DNA of 64,000 nt from Botryllus schlosseri (lineage: Eukaryota), in NCBI GenBank assembly GCA_051294905.1, contig CM119371.1:35156001-35220000 (forward strand). The letters run 5' to 3'. Under the pieces are notes generated by a model. That model was not told where the DNA came from. It did no database searches and saw only the letters and a program-made list of their open reading frames with translations. A program made the translations under genes and the position numbers. Shown piece by piece: positions 1-14,826 of this stretch (position 1 is its first letter; the number at the start of each line of letters is the position of its first letter).

Positions 1-3000
1 GGCCATGTGCTAATTTTCGACAAACATTGGCGGAGTGATGATACTCGCGCAATTTCTCTGAAAAGTAGAGATGAAATTCGACTCGAACTAGACGGTAGAA
101 TTGGCTAAAACTCGGTTCGATTATGCTTTGGGACGAGACTCGACTCCTGTACGTGGTTAAAAGTGGAGCACTTGTCTATAATGGAAATATCGGCGTCTTT
201 AATCCGAGAGCTATACGTGTAATTTTGCGAAAGACGTTGGCAAGGTGATGATACACGCGCAATTTCTCTGAAAAGTAGAGATGAAATTCGACTCGAACTA
301 GACGGTAGAATTGGCTAAAACTAGGTTCGATTATGCTTTGGGACAAGACTCGACTCCTGTGCGTGGTTAAAAGTGGAGCACTTGTATAGAATAGAAATAT
401 CGGCGTCTTTAATCCGAGAGCCATACGTGTAATTTTGCGAAAGACGTTGGCCAGGTGATGATACTCGCGCATTTTCTCTGAAAAGTAGAGATGAAATTCG
501 ACTCGAACTAGACGGTAGAATTGGCTAAAACTCGGTTCGATTATGCTTTGGGACAAGCCTCGACTCCTGTACGTGGTTAAAAGTGGAGTACTTGTATAGA
601 ATAGAAATATCGGCGTCTTTAATCCGAGAGCTATACGTGTAATTTTGCGAAAGACGTTGGCCAGGTGATGATACTCGCGCATTTTCTCTGAAAAGTAGAG
701 ATGAAATTCGACTCGAACTAGACGGTAGAATTGGCTAAAACTCGGTTCGATTATGCTTTGGGACAAGCCTCGACTCCTGTACGTGGTTAAAAGTGGAGTA
801 TTTGTCTATAATAGAAATATCGGCGTCTTTAATCCGAGAGCTATACGTGTAATTTTGCGAAAGACGTTGGCCAGGTGATGATACTCGCGCAATTTCTCTG
901 AAAAGTAGAGATGAAATTCGACTCGAACTAGACGGTAGAATTGGCTAAAACTAGGTTCGATTATGCTTTGGGACAAGACTCGACTCCTGTACGTGGTTAA
1001 AAGTGGAGCACTTGTATAGAATAGAAATATCGGCGTCTTTAATCCGAGAGCTATACGTGTAATTTTGCGAAAGACGTTGGCCAGGTGATGATACTCGCGC
1101 AATTTCTCTCAAAAGTAGAGATGAAATTCGACTCGAACTAGACGGTAGAATTGGCTAAAACTCGGTTCGATTATGCTTTGGGACAAGCCTCGACTCCTGC
1201 ACGTGGTTAAAAGTGGAGCACTTGTCTATAATAGAAATATCGACGTCTTTAATCCGAGAGCTATACGTGTAATTTTGCGAAAGACGTTGGCCAGGTGATG
1301 ATACTCGCGCAATTTCTCTGAAAAGTAGAGATGAAATTCGACTCGAACTAGACGGTAGAATTGGCTAAAACTAGGTTCGATTATGCTTTGGGACAAGACT
1401 CGACTCCTGTACGTGGGTAAAAGTGGAGCACTTGTCTATAATAGAAATATCGGCGTCTTTAATCCGAGAGCTATACGTGTAATTTTGCGAAAGACGTTGG
1501 CCAGGTGATAATCGCACGGATTCTTTTGAAACTACACTCTAATTTCAACCGGAACAAGACGGTAGAATTCGATGAAACTTAGTTCGAACATGATTCAGGA
1601 CAAGCTTCGACTCGTGTACGTGTCTTCGTTTTGATGCCGTATCGATAATTTATATGATGACATCTTAAATCAGATGGCCATGTGCTAATTTTCGACAAAC
1701 ATTGGCGGAGTGATGATACTCGCGCAATTTCTCTGAAAAGTAGAGATGAAATTCGACTCGAACTAGACGGTAGAATTGGCTAAAACTCGGTTCGATTATG
1801 CTTTGGGACAAGACTCGACTCCCGTACGTGGTTAAAAGTGGAGCACTTGTCTATAATAGAAATATCGGCGTCTTTAATCCGAGAGCTATACGTGTAATTT
1901 TGCGAAAGACGTTGGCCAGGTGATGATACTCGCGCATTTTCTCTGAAAAGTAGAGATGAAATTCGACTCGAACTAGACGGTAGAATTGGCTAAAACTAGG
2001 TTCGATTATGCTTTGGGACAAGACTCGACTCCTGTACGTGGTTAAAAGTGGAGCACTTGTATAGAATAGAAATATCGGCGTCTTTAATCCGAGAGCTATA
2101 CGTGTAATTTTGCGAAAGACGTTGGCCAGGTGATGATACTCGCGCATTTTCTCTGAAAAGTAGAGATGAAATTCGACTCGAACTAGACGGTAGAATTGGC
2201 TAAAACTCGGTTCGGTTATGCTTTGGGACAAGCCTCGACTCCTGTACGTGGTTAAAAGTGGAGTACTTGTATAGAATAGAAATATCGGCGTCTTTAATCC
2301 GAGAGCTATACGTGTAATTTTGCGAAAGACGTTGGCCAGGTGATGATACTCGCGCAATTTCTCTGAAAAGTAGAGATGAAATTCGACTCGAACTAGACGG
2401 TAGAATTGGCTAAAACTCGGTTCGATTATGCTTTGGGACAAGCCTCGACTCCTGTACGTGGTTAAAAGTGGAGTATTTGTCTATAATAGAAATATCGGCG
2501 TCTTTAATCCGAGAGCTATACGTGTAATTTTGCGAAAGACGTTGGCCAGGTGATAATCGCACGGATTCTTTTGAAACTACACTCTAATTTCAACCGGAAC
2601 AAGACGGTAGAATTCGATGAAACTTGGTTCGAACATGATTCAGGACAAGCTTCGACTCGTGTACGTGTCTACGTTTTGATGCCGTATCGATAATTTAAAT
2701 GGTGACATCTTAAATCAGACGGCCATGTGCTAATTTTCGACAAACATTGGCGGAGTGATGATACTCGCGTAATTTCTCTGAAAAGTAGAGATGAAATTCG
2801 ACTCGAACTAGACGGTAGAATTGGCTAAAACTCGGTTCGATTATGCTTTGGGACGAGACTCGACTCCTGTACGTGGTTAAAAGTGGAGCACTTGTCTATA
2901 ATGGAAATATCGGCGTCTTTAATCCGAGAGCTATACGTGTAATTTTGCGAAAGACGTTGGCAAGGTGATGATACACGCGCAATTTCTCTGAAAAGTAGAG

Positions 3001-6000
3001 ATGAAATTCGACTCGAACTAGACGGTAGAATTGGCTAAAACTAGGTTCGATTATGCTTTGGGACAAGACTCGACTCCTGTACGTGGTTAAAAGTGGAGCA
3101 CTTGTATATAATAGAAATATCGGCGTCTTTAATCCGAGAGCTATACGTGTAATTTTGCGAAAGACGTTGGCCAGGTGATAATCGCACGGATTCTTTTGAA
3201 ACTACACTCTAATTTCAACCGGAACAAGACGGTAGAATTCGATGAAACTTAGTTCGAACATGATTCAGGACAAGCTTCGACTCGTGTACGTGTCTTCGTT
3301 TTGATGCCGTATCGATAATTTATATGATGACATCTTAAATCAGATGGCCATGTGCTAATTTTCGACAAACATTGGCGGAGTGATGATACTCGCGCAATTT
3401 CTCTGAAAAGTAGAGATGAAATTCGACTCGAACTAGACGGTAGAATTGGCTAAAACTCGGTTCGATTATGCTTTGGGACAAGACTCGACTCCTGTACGTG
3501 GTTAAAAGTGGAGCACTTGTCTATAATAGAAATATCGGCGTCTTTAATCCGAGAGCTATACGTGTAATTTTGCGAAAGACGTTGGCCAGGTGATGATACT
3601 CGCGCAATTTTTCTGAAAAGTAGAGATGAAATTCGACTCGAACTAGACGGTAGAATTGGCTAAAACTAGGTTCGATTATGCTTTGGGACAAGACTCGACT
3701 CCTGTACGTGGTTAAAAGTGGAGCACTTGTATAGAATAGAAATATCGGCGTCTTTAATCCGAGAGCCATACGTGTAATTTTGCGAAAGACGTTGGCCAGG
3801 TGATGATACTCGCGCATTTTCTCTGAAAAGTAGAGATGAAATTCGACTCGAACTAGACGGTAGAATTGGCTAAAACTCGGTTCGATTATGCTTTGGGACA
3901 AGCCTCGACTCCTGTACGTGGTTAAAAGTGGAGTACTTGTATAGAATAGAAATATCGGCGTCTTTAATCCGAGAGCTATACGTGTAATTTTGCGAAAGAC
4001 GTTGGCCAGGTGATGATACTCGCGCAATTTCTCTGAAAAGTAGAGATGAAATTCGACTCGAACTAGACGGTAGAATTGGCTAAAACTCGGTTCGATTATG
4101 CTTTGGGACAAGCCTCGACTCCTGTACGTGGTTAAAAGTGGAGTATTTGTCTATAATAGAAATATCGGCGTCTTTAATCCGAGAGCTATACGTGTAATTT
4201 TGCGAAAGACGTTGGCCAGGTGATGATACTCGCGCAATTTCTCTGAAAAGTAGAGATGAAATTCGACTCGAACTAGACGGTAGAATTGGCTAAAACTAGG
4301 TTCGATTATGCTTTGGGACAAGACTCGACTCCTGTACGTGGTTAAAAGTGGAGCACTTGTATAGAATAGAAATATCGGCGTCTTTAATCCGAGAGCTATA
4401 CGTGTAATTTTGCGAAAGACGTTGGCCAGGTGATGATACTCGCGCAATTTCTCTCAAAAGTAGAGATGAAATTCGACTCGAACTAGACGGTAGAATTGGC
4501 TAAAACTCGGTTCGATTATGCTTTGGGACAAGACTCGACTCCTGTACGTGGTTAAAAGTGGAGTACTTGTCTATAATAGAAATATCGGCGTCTTTAATCC
4601 GAGAGCTATACGTGTAATTTTGCGGAAGACGTTGGTCAGGTGATGATACTCGCGCTATTTCTCTGAAAAGTAGAGATGAAATTCGCTTCGCACTAGACGG
4701 CAGAATTGGCCAAAACTCGGTTCGATTATGCTTTGGGACAAGCCTCGACTCCTGTACGTGGGTAAAAGTGGAGCACTTGTCTATAATAGAAATATCGGCG
4801 TCTTTAATCCGAGAGCTATACGTGTAATTTTGCGAAAGACGTTGGCCAGGTGATGATACTCGCGCTATTTCTCTGAAAAGTAGAGATGAAATTCGACTCG
4901 AACTAGACGGTAGAATTGGCTAAAACTAGGTTCGATTATGCTTTGGGACAAGACTCGACTCCTGTACGTGGGTAAAAGTGGAGCACTTGTCTATAATAGA
5001 AATATCGGCGTCTTTAATCCGAGAGCTATACGTGTAATTTTGCGAAAGACGTTGGCCAGGTGATAATTGCACGGATTCTTTTGAAACTACACTCTAATTT
5101 CAACCGGAACAAGACGGTAGAATTCGATGAAACTTAGTTCGAACATGATTCAGGACAAGCTTCGACTCGTGTACGTGTCTTCGTTTTGATGCCGTATCGA
5201 TAATTTATATGATGACATCTTAAATCAGATGGCCATGTGCTAATTTTCGACAAACATTGGCGGAGTGATGATACTCGCGCAATTTCTCTGAAAAGTAGAG
5301 ATGAAATTCGACTCGAACTAGACGGTAGAATTGGCTAAAACTCGGTTCGATTATGCTTTGGGACAAGACTCGACTCCCGTACGTGGTTAAAAGTGGAGCA
5401 CTTGTCTATAATAGAAATATCGGCGTCTTTAATCCGAGAGCTATACGTGTAATTTTGCGAAAGACGTTGGCCAGGTGATGATACTCGCGCATTTTCTCTG
5501 AAAAGTAGAGATGAAATTCGACTCGAACTAGACGGTAGAATTGGCTAAAACTAGGTTCGATTATGCTTTGGGACAAGACTCGACTCCTGTACGTGGTTAA
5601 AAGTGGAGCACTTGTATAGAATAGAAATATCGGCGTCTTTAATCCGAGAGCTATACGTGTAATTTTGCGAAAGACGTTGGCCAGGTGATGATACTCGCGC
5701 ATTTTCTCTGAAAAGTAGAGATGAAATTCGACTCGAACTAGACGGTAGAATTGGCTAAAACTCGGTTCGATTATGCTTTGGGACAAGCCTCGACTCCTGT
5801 ACGTGGTTAAAAGTGGAGTACTTGTATAGAATAGAAATATCGGCGTCTTTAATCCGAGAGCTATACGTGTAATTTTGCGAAAGACGTTGGCCAGGTGATG
5901 ATACTCGCGCAATTTCTCTGAAAAGTAGAGATGAAATTCGACTCGAACTAGACGGTAGAATTGGCTAAAACTCGGTTCGATTATGCTTTGGGACAAGCCT

Positions 6001-9000
6001 CGACTCCTGTACGTGGTTAAAAGTGGAGTATTTGTCTATAATAGAAATATCGGCGTCTTTAATCCGAGAGCTATACGTGTAATTTTGCGAAAGACGTTGG
6101 CCAGGTGATGATACTCGCGCAATTTCTCTCAAAAGTAGAGATGAAATTCGACTCGAACTAGACGGTAGAATTGGCTAAAACTCGGTTCGATTATGCTTTG
6201 GGACAAGACTCGACTCCTGTACGTGGTTAAAAGTGGAGTACTTGTCTATAATAGAAATATCGGCGTCTTTAATCCGAGAGCTATACGTGTAATTTTGCGG
6301 AAGACGTTGGCCAGGTGATGATACTCGCGCTATTTCTCTGAAAAGTAGAGATGAAATTCGCTTCGCACTAGACGGCAGAATTGGCCAAAACTCGGTTCGA
6401 TTATGCTTTGGGACAAGCCTCGACTCCTGTACGTGGTTAAAAGTGGAGCACTTGTCTATAATAGAAATATCGGCGTCTTTAATCCGAGAGCTATACGTGT
6501 AATTTTGCGAAAGACGTTGGCCAGGTGATGATACTCGCGCAATTTCTCTGAAAAGTAGAGATGAAATTCGACTCGAACTAGACGGTAGAATTGGCTAAAA
6601 CTAGGTTCGATTATGCTTTGGGACAAGACTCGACTCCTGTACGTGGTTAAAAGTGGAGTACTTGTATATAATAGAAATATCGGCGTCTTTAATCCGAGAG
6701 CTATACGTGTAATTTTGCGAAAGACGTTGGCCAGGTGATGATACTCGCGCTATTTCTCTGAAAAGTAGAGATGAAATTCGACTCGAACTAGACGGTAGAA
6801 TTGGCTAAAACTCGGTTCGATTATGCTTTGGGACAAGCCTCGACTCCTGTACGTGGTTAAAAGTGGAGCACTTGTCTATAATAGAAATATCGGCGTCTTT
6901 AATCCGAGAGCTATACGTGTAATTTTGCGAAAGACATTGGCCAGGTGATGATACTCGCGCTATTTCTCTGAAAAGTAGAGATGAAATTCGACTCGAACTA
7001 GACGGTAGAATTGTCTAAAACTAGGTTCGATTATGCTTTGGGACAAGACTCGACTCCTGTACGTGGTTAAAAGTGGAGCACTTGTCTATAATAGAAATAT
7101 CGGCGTCTTTAATCCGAGAGCTATACGTGTAATTTTGCGAAAGACGTTGGCCAGGTGATAATCGCACGGATTCTTTTGAAACTACACTCTAATTTCAACC
7201 GGAACAAGACGGTAGAATTCGATGAAACTTAGTTCGAACATGATTCAGGACAAGCTTCGACTCGTGTACGTGTCTACGTTTTGATGCCGTATCGATAATT
7301 TATATGGTGACATCTTAAATCAGACGGCCATGTGCTAATTTTCGACAAACATTGGCGGAGTGATGATACTCGCGCAATTTCTCTGAAAAGTAGAGATGAA
7401 ATTCGACTCGAACTAGACGGTAGAATTGGCTAAAACTCGGTTCGATTATGCTTTGGGACGAGACTCGACTCCTGTACGTGGGTAAAAGTGGAGCACTTGT
7501 CTATAATGGAAATATCGGCGTCTTTAATCCGAGAGCTATACGTGTAATTTTGCGAAAGACGTTGGCAAGGTGATGATACACGCGCAATTTCTCTGAAAAG
7601 TAGAGATGAAATTCGACTCGAACTAGACGGTAGAATTGGCTAAAACTAGGTTCGATTATGCTTTGGGACAAGACTCGACTCCTGTACGTGGTTAAAAGTG
7701 GAGCACTTGTATATAATAGAAATATCGGCGTCTTTAATCCGAGAGCTATACGTGTAATTTTGCGAAAGACGTTGGCCAGGTGATGATACTCGCGCTATTT
7801 CTCTGAAAAGTAGAGATGAAATTCGACTCGAACTAGACGTTAGAATTGGCTAAAACTCGGTTCGATTATGCTTTGGGACAAGCCTCGACTCCTGTACGTG
7901 GTTAAAAGTGGAGCACTTGTCTATAATAGAAATATCGGCGTCTTTAATCCGAGAGCTATACGTGTAATTTTGCGAAAGACATTGGCCAGGTGATGATACT
8001 CGCGCTATTTCTCTGAAAAGTAGAGATCAAATTCGACTCGAACTAGACGGTAGAATTGGCTAAAACTCGGTTCGATTATGCTTTGGGACAAGCCTCGACT
8101 CCTGCACGTGGTTAAAAGTGGAGCACTTGTCTATAATAGAAATATCGACGTCTTTAATCCGAGAGCTATACGTGTAATTTTGCGAAAGACGTTGGCCAGG
8201 TGATGATACTCGCGCAATTTCTCTGAAAAGTAGAGATGAAATTCGACTCGAACTAGACGGTAGAATTGGCTAAAACTAGGTTCGATTATGCTTTGGGACA
8301 AGACTCGACTCCTGTACGTGGTTAAAAGTGGAGCACTTGTATAGAATAGAAATATCGGCGTCTTTAATCCGAGAGCTATACGTGTAATTTTGCGAAAGAC
8401 GTTGGCCAGGTGATGATACTCGCGCAATTTCTCTGAAAAGTAGAGATGAAATTCGACTCGAACTAGACGGTAGAATTGGCTAAAACTAGGTTCGATTATG
8501 CTTTGGGACAAGACTCGACTCCTGTACGTGGTTAAAAGTGGAGCACTTGTATAGAATAGAAATATCGGCGTCTTTAATCCGAGAGCTATACGTGTAATTT
8601 TGCGAAAGACGTTGGCCAGGTGATGATACTCGCGCAATTTCTCTCAAAAGTAGAGATGAAATTCGACTCGAACTAGACGGTAGAATTGGCTAAAACTCGG
8701 TTCGATTATGCTTTGGGACAAGACTCGACTCCTGTACGTGGTTAAAAGTGGAGTACTTGTCTATAATAGAAATATCGGCGTCTTTAATCCGAGAGCTATA
8801 CGTGTAATTTTGCGAAAGACGTTGGCCAGGTGATGATACTCGCGCAATTTCTCTGAAAAGTAGAGATGAAATTCGACTCGAACTAGACGGTAGAATTGGC
8901 TAAAACTAGGTTCGATTATGCTTCGGGACAAGACTCGACTCCTGTACGTGGTTAAAAGTGGAGCACTTGTCTATAATAGAAATATCGGCGTCTTTAATCC

Positions 9001-9688
9001 GAGAGCTATACGTGTAATTTTGCGAAAGACGTTAACCAGGTGATGATACTCGCGCAATTTCTCTGAAAAGTAGAGATGAAATTCGACTCGAACTAGACGG
9101 TAGAATTGGCTAAAACTCGGTTCGATTATGCTTTGGGACAAGGCTCGACTCCTGAACGTGGTTAAAAGTGGAGCACTTGTCTATGATAGAAATATCGGCG
9201 TCTTTAATCCGAGAGCTATACGTGTAACTTTGCGAAAGACGTTGGCCAGGTGATGATACTCGCGCAATTTCTCTAAAAAGTAGAGATGAAATTCGACTCG
9301 AACTAGACGTTGGAATTGGCTAAAACTCGGTTCGATTATGCTTTGGGACAAGACTCGACTCCTGTACGTGGTTAAAAGTGGAGCACTTGTATATACTAGA
9401 AATATCGGCGTCTTTAATCCGAGAGCTATACGTGTAATTTTGCGAAAGACGTTGGCCAGGTGATGATACTCGCGCAATTTCTCTGAAAAGTAGAGATGAA
9501 ATTTGATTCGAACTAGACCAGTGGTTCCCAACGTGGGCGATATCGCCCCCCAGGGGGCGATTTGGCGATCTAGGGGGGCGAAAATGACGAAGGGGGCGAT
9601 AGGGGGGCGAAAATGGACAAAGGGGGCGACGGGGGGCGAAAATAGCGAAGGGGGCGATAGGGGGGCGATGACGCGTCAAAACGGCTGA

Positions 9689-9721
<33 letters not shown>

Positions 9722-12700
9722 TCATCCACCTAGCAATTCGGAGAGAAAAAACGTTATTTGCAGCTCTGAGCGGAGAAAGATGACCTTTTTTTTTTTTTTT
9801 TTAGTCAACCCGCCGGTGATTACAGTCTGTATGCCCAATTATCGGTGCACAAAATTTTGGGGGGCGATGATTGGTGTTGACCTTCAAAAGGGGGCGATGG
9901 GTCGAAAAAGGTTGGGAACCACTGAACTAGACGGTAGAATTGGCTAAAACTCGGTTCGATTATGCTTTGGGACAAGCCTCGACTCCTGTACGTAGTTAAA
10001 AGTGGAGCACTTGTCAATAATAGAAATATCGGCGTCTTTAATCCGAGAGCTATACGTGTAATTTTGCGAAAGACGTTGGCCAGGTGATAATCGCACGGAT
10101 TCTTTTGAAACTACACTCTAATTTCAACCGGAACAAGACGGTAGAATTCGATGAAACTTAGTTCGAACATGATTCAGGACAAGCTTCGACTCGTGTACGT
10201 GTCTTCGTTTTGATGCTGTATCGATAATTTAAATTGTGACATCTTAAATCAGATGGCCATGTGCTAATTTTCGACAAACATTGGCGGAGTGATGATACTC
10301 GCGCAATTTCTCTGAAGAGTAGAGATGAAATTCGACTCGAACTAGACCGTAGAATTGGCTAAAACTCGGTTCGATTATGCTTTGGGACAAGACTCGACTT
10401 CTGTACGTGGTTAAAAGTGGAGCACTTGTCTATAATAGAAATATCGGCGTCTTTAATCCGAGAGCTATACGTGTAATTTTGCGAAAGACGTTGGCCAGGT
10501 GATGATACTCGCGCAATTTCTCTGAAAAGTAGAGATGAAATTCGACTCGAACTAGACGGTAGAATTGGCTAAAACTAGGTTCGATTATGCTTTGGGACAA
10601 GACTCGACTCCTGTACGTGGTTAAAAGTGAAGCACTTGTATATAATAGAAATATCGGCGTCTTTAATCCGAGAGCTATACGTGTAATTTTGCGAAAGACG
10701 TTGGCCAGGTGATGATACTCGCGCAACTTCTCTGAAAAGTAGAGATGAAATTCGACTCGAACTAGACGGTAGAATTGGCTAAAACTCGGTTCGATTATGC
10801 TTTGGGACAAGCCTCGACTCCTGTACGTGGTTAAAAGTGGAGCACTTGTCTATAATAGAAATATCGGCGTCTTTAATCCGAGAGCTATACGTGTAATTTT
10901 GCGAAAGACGTTGGCCAGGTGATAATCGCACGGATTCTTTTGAAACTACACTCTAATTTCAACCGGAACAAGACGGTAGAATTCGATGAAACTTAGTTCG
11001 AACATGATTCAGGACAAGCTTCGACTCGTGTACGTGTCTACGTTTTGATGCCGTATCGATAATTTATATGGTGACATCTTAAATCAGACGGCCATGTGCT
11101 AATTTTCGACAAACATTGGCGGAGTGATGATACTCGCGCAATTTCTCTGAAAAGTAGAGATGAAATTCGACTCGAACTAGACGGTAGAATTGGCTAAAAC
11201 TCGGTTCGATTATGCTTTGGGACGAGACTCGACTCCTGTACGTGGTTAAAAGTGGAGCACTTGTCTATAATGGAAATATCGGCGTCTTTAATCCGAGAGC
11301 TATACGTGTAATTTTGCGAAAGACGTTGGCAAGGTGATTATACACGCGCAATTTCTCTGAAAAGTAGAGATGAAATTCGACTCGAACTAGACGGTAGAAT
11401 TGGCTAAAACTAGGTTCGATTATGCTTTGGGACAAGACTCGACTCCTGTACGTGGTTAAAAGTGGAGCACTTGTATATAATAGAAATATCGGCGTCTTTA
11501 ATCCGAGAGCTATACGTGTAATTTTGCGAAAGACGTTGGCCAGGTGATGATACTCGCGCTATTTCTCTGAAAAGTAGAGATGAAATTCGACTCGAACTAG
11601 ACGTTAGAATTGGCTAAAACTCGGTTCGATTATGCTTTGGGACAAGCCTCGACTCCTGTACGTGGTTAAAAGTGGAGCACTTGTCTATAATAGAAATATC
11701 GGCGTCTTTAATCCGAGAGCTATACGTGTAATTTTGCGAAAGACATTGGCCAGGTGATGATACTCGCGCTATTTCTCTGAAAAGTAGAGATCAAATTCGA
11801 CTCGAACTAGACGGTAGAATTGGCTAAAACTCGGTTCGATTATGCTTTGGGACAAGCCTAGACTCCTGCACGTGGTTAAAAGTGGAGCACTTGTCTATAA
11901 TAGAAATATCGACGTCTTTAATCCGAGAGCTATACGTGTAATTTTGCGAAAGACGTTGGCCAGGTGATGATACTCGCGCAATTTCTCTGAAAAGTAGAGA
12001 TGAAATTCGACTCGAACTAGACGGTAGAATTGGCTAAAACTAGGTTCGATTATGCTTTGGGACAAGACTCGACTCCTGTACGTGGTTAAAAGTGGAGCAC
12101 TTGTCTATAATAGAAATATCGGCGTCTTTAATCCGAGAGCTATACGTGTAATTTTGCGAAAGACGTTGGCCAGGTGATAATCGCACGGATTCTTTTGAAA
12201 CTACACTCTAATTTCAACCGGAACAAGACGGTAGAATTCGATGAAACTTAGTTCGAACATGATTCAGGACAAGCTTCGACTCGTGTACGTGTCTTCGTTT
12301 TGATGCCGTATCGATAATTTATATGATGACATCTTAAATCAGATGGCCATGTGCTAATTTTCGACAAACATTGGCGGAGTGATGATACTCGCGCAATTTC
12401 TCTGAAAAGTAGAGATGAAATTCGACTCGAACTAGACGGTAGAATTGGCTAAAACTCGGTTCGATTATGCTTTGGGACAAGACTCGACTCCTGTACGTGG
12501 TTAAAAGTGGAGCACTTGTCTATAATAGAAATATCGGCGTCTTTAATCCGAGAGCTATACGTGTAATTTTGCGAAAGACGTTGGCCAGGTGATGATACTC
12601 GCGCAATTTCTCTGAAAAGTAGAGATGAAATTCGACTCGAACTAGACGGTAGAATTGGCTAAAACTAGGTTCGATTATGCTTTGGGACAAGACTCGACTC

Positions 12701-14826
12701 CTGTACGTGGTTAAAAGTGGAGCACTTGTATAGAATAGAAATATCGGCGTCTTTAATCCAAGAGCTATACGTGTAATTTTGCGAAAGACGTTGGCCAGGT
12801 GATGATACTCGCGCAATTTCTCTCAAAAGTAGAGATGAAATTCGACTCGAACTAGACGGTAGAATTGGCTAAAACTCGGTTCGATTATGCTTTGGGACAA
12901 GACTCGACTCCTGTACGTGGTTAAAAGTGGAGTACTTGTCTATAATAGAAATATCGGCGTCTTTAATCCGAGAGCTATACGTGTAATTTTGCGAAAGACG
13001 TTGGCCAGGTGATGATACTCGCGCAATTTCTCTGAAAAGTAGAGATGAAATTCGACTCGAACTAGACGGTAGAATTGGCTAAAACTAGGTTCGATTATGC
13101 TTCGGGACAAGACTCGACTCCTGTACGTGGTTAAAAGTGGAGCACTTGTCTATAATAGAAATATCGGCGTCTTTAATCGGAGAGCTATACGTGTAATTTT
13201 GCGAAAGACGTTAACCAGGTGATGATACTCGCGCAATTTCTCTGAAAAGTAGAGATGAAATTCGACTCGAACTAGACGGTAGAATTGGCTAAAACTCGGT
13301 TCGATTATGCTTTGGGACAAGGCTCGACTCCTGAACGTGGTTAAAAGTGGAGCACTTGTCTATGATAGAAATATCGGCGTCTTTAATCCGAGAGCTATAC
13401 GTGTAACTTTGCGAAAGACGTTGGCCAGGTGATGATACTCGCGCAATTTCTCTAAAAAGTAGAGATGAAATTCGACTCGAACTAGACGTTGGAATTGGCT
13501 AAAACTCGGTTCGATTATGCTTTGGGACAAGACTCGACTCCTGTACGTGGTTAAAAGTGGAGCACTTGTATATACTAGAAATATCGGCGTCTTTAATCCG
13601 AGAGCTATACGTGTAATTTTGCGAAAGACGTTGGCCAGGTGATGATACTCGCGCAATTTCTCTGAAAAGTAGAGATGAAATTTGATTCGAACTAGACGGT
13701 AGAATTGGCTAAAACTCGGTTCGATTATGCTTTGGGACAAGCCTCGACTCCTGTACGTAGTTAAAAGTGGAGCACTTGTCAATAATAGAAATATCGGCGT
13801 CTTTAATCCGAGAGCTATACGTGTAATTTTGCGAAAGACGTTGGCCAGGTGATAATCGCACGGATTCTTTTGAAACTACACTCTAATTTCAACCGGAACA
13901 AGACGGTAGAATTCGATGAAACTTAGTTCGAACATGATTCAGGACAAGCTTCGACTCGTGTACGTGTCTTCGTTTTGATGCTGTATCGATAATTTAAATT
14001 GTGACATCTTAAATCAGATGGCCATGTGCTAATTTTCGACAAACATTGGCGGAGTGATGATACTCGCGCAATTTCTCTGAAGAGTAGAGATGAAATTCGA
14101 CTCGAACTAGACCGTAGAATTGGCTAAAACTCGGTTCGATTATGCTTTGGGACAAGACTCGACTTCTGTACGTGGTTAAAAGTGGAGCACTTGTCTATAA
14201 TAGAAATATCGGCGTCTTTAATCCGTGAGCTATACGTGTAATTTTGCGAAAGACGTTGGCCAGGTGATGATACTCGCGCAATTTCTCTGAAAAGTAGAGA
14301 TGAAATTCGACTCGAACTAGACGGTAGAATTGGCTAAAACTAGGTTCGATTATGCTTTGGGACAAGACTCGACTCCTGTACGTGGTTAAAAGTGGAGCAC
14401 TTGTATATAATAGAAATATCGGCGTCTTTAATCCGAGAGCTATACGTGTAATTTTGCGAAAGACGTTGGCCAGGTGATGATACTCGCGCAATTTCTCTGA
14501 AAAGTAGAGATGAAATTCGACTCGAACTAGACGGTAGAATTGGCTAAAACTCGGTTCGATTATGCTTTGGGACAAGCCTCGACTCCTGTACGTGGTTAAA
14601 AGTGGAGCACTTGTCTATAATAGAAATATCGGCGTCTTTAATCCGAGAGCTATACGTGTAATTTTGCGAAAGACGTTGGTCAGGTGATGATACTCGCGCA
14701 ATTTCTCTGAAAAGTAGAGATGAAATTCGACTCGAACTAGACGGTAGAATTGGCTAAAACTAGGTTCGATTATGCTTTGGGACAAGACTCGACTCCTGTA
14801 CGTGGGTAAAAGTGGAGCACTTGTAT
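1..14826. repeat. 210-bp tandem satellite array (~69 monomers in window, runs off the left edge) with interspersed ~205-bp divergent monomer
   Basis: The unit gtgatgatactcgcgcaatttctctgaaaagtagagatgaaattcgactcgaactagac... recurs every 210 bp. A divergent monomer (gataatcgcacggattcttttgaaactacac...) starts at about 1507, 2552, 3177, 5062, 7157, 10086, 10921, 12176 and 13851. Confidence 0.98.
9519..9924. mobile_element. 406-bp hAT (Buster/Charlie-type) MITE inserted in the satellite
   Basis: Perfect 14-bp TIR cagtggttcccaac/gttgggaaccactg. 8-bp TSD aactagac at 9511-9518 and 9925-9932. Internal gggggcga repeats and poly-T runs. The empty paralogous site is at 13690-13697. Confidence 0.95.

Noticed and set aside
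176..14575. Repeated 70-aa-unit ORFs (MSQSIIEPSFSQFYRLV...) on the minus strand
   Set aside because: They arise because the 210-bp monomer is divisible by 3. A polymorphic TAG interrupts many units and there is no recognisable domain.
1..14826. CRISPR-like array or rDNA/snRNA cluster
   Set aside because: The monomers are contiguous with no unique spacers, no cas genes are present and the context is eukaryotic. I do not recognise 5S, tRNA or snRNA motifs.
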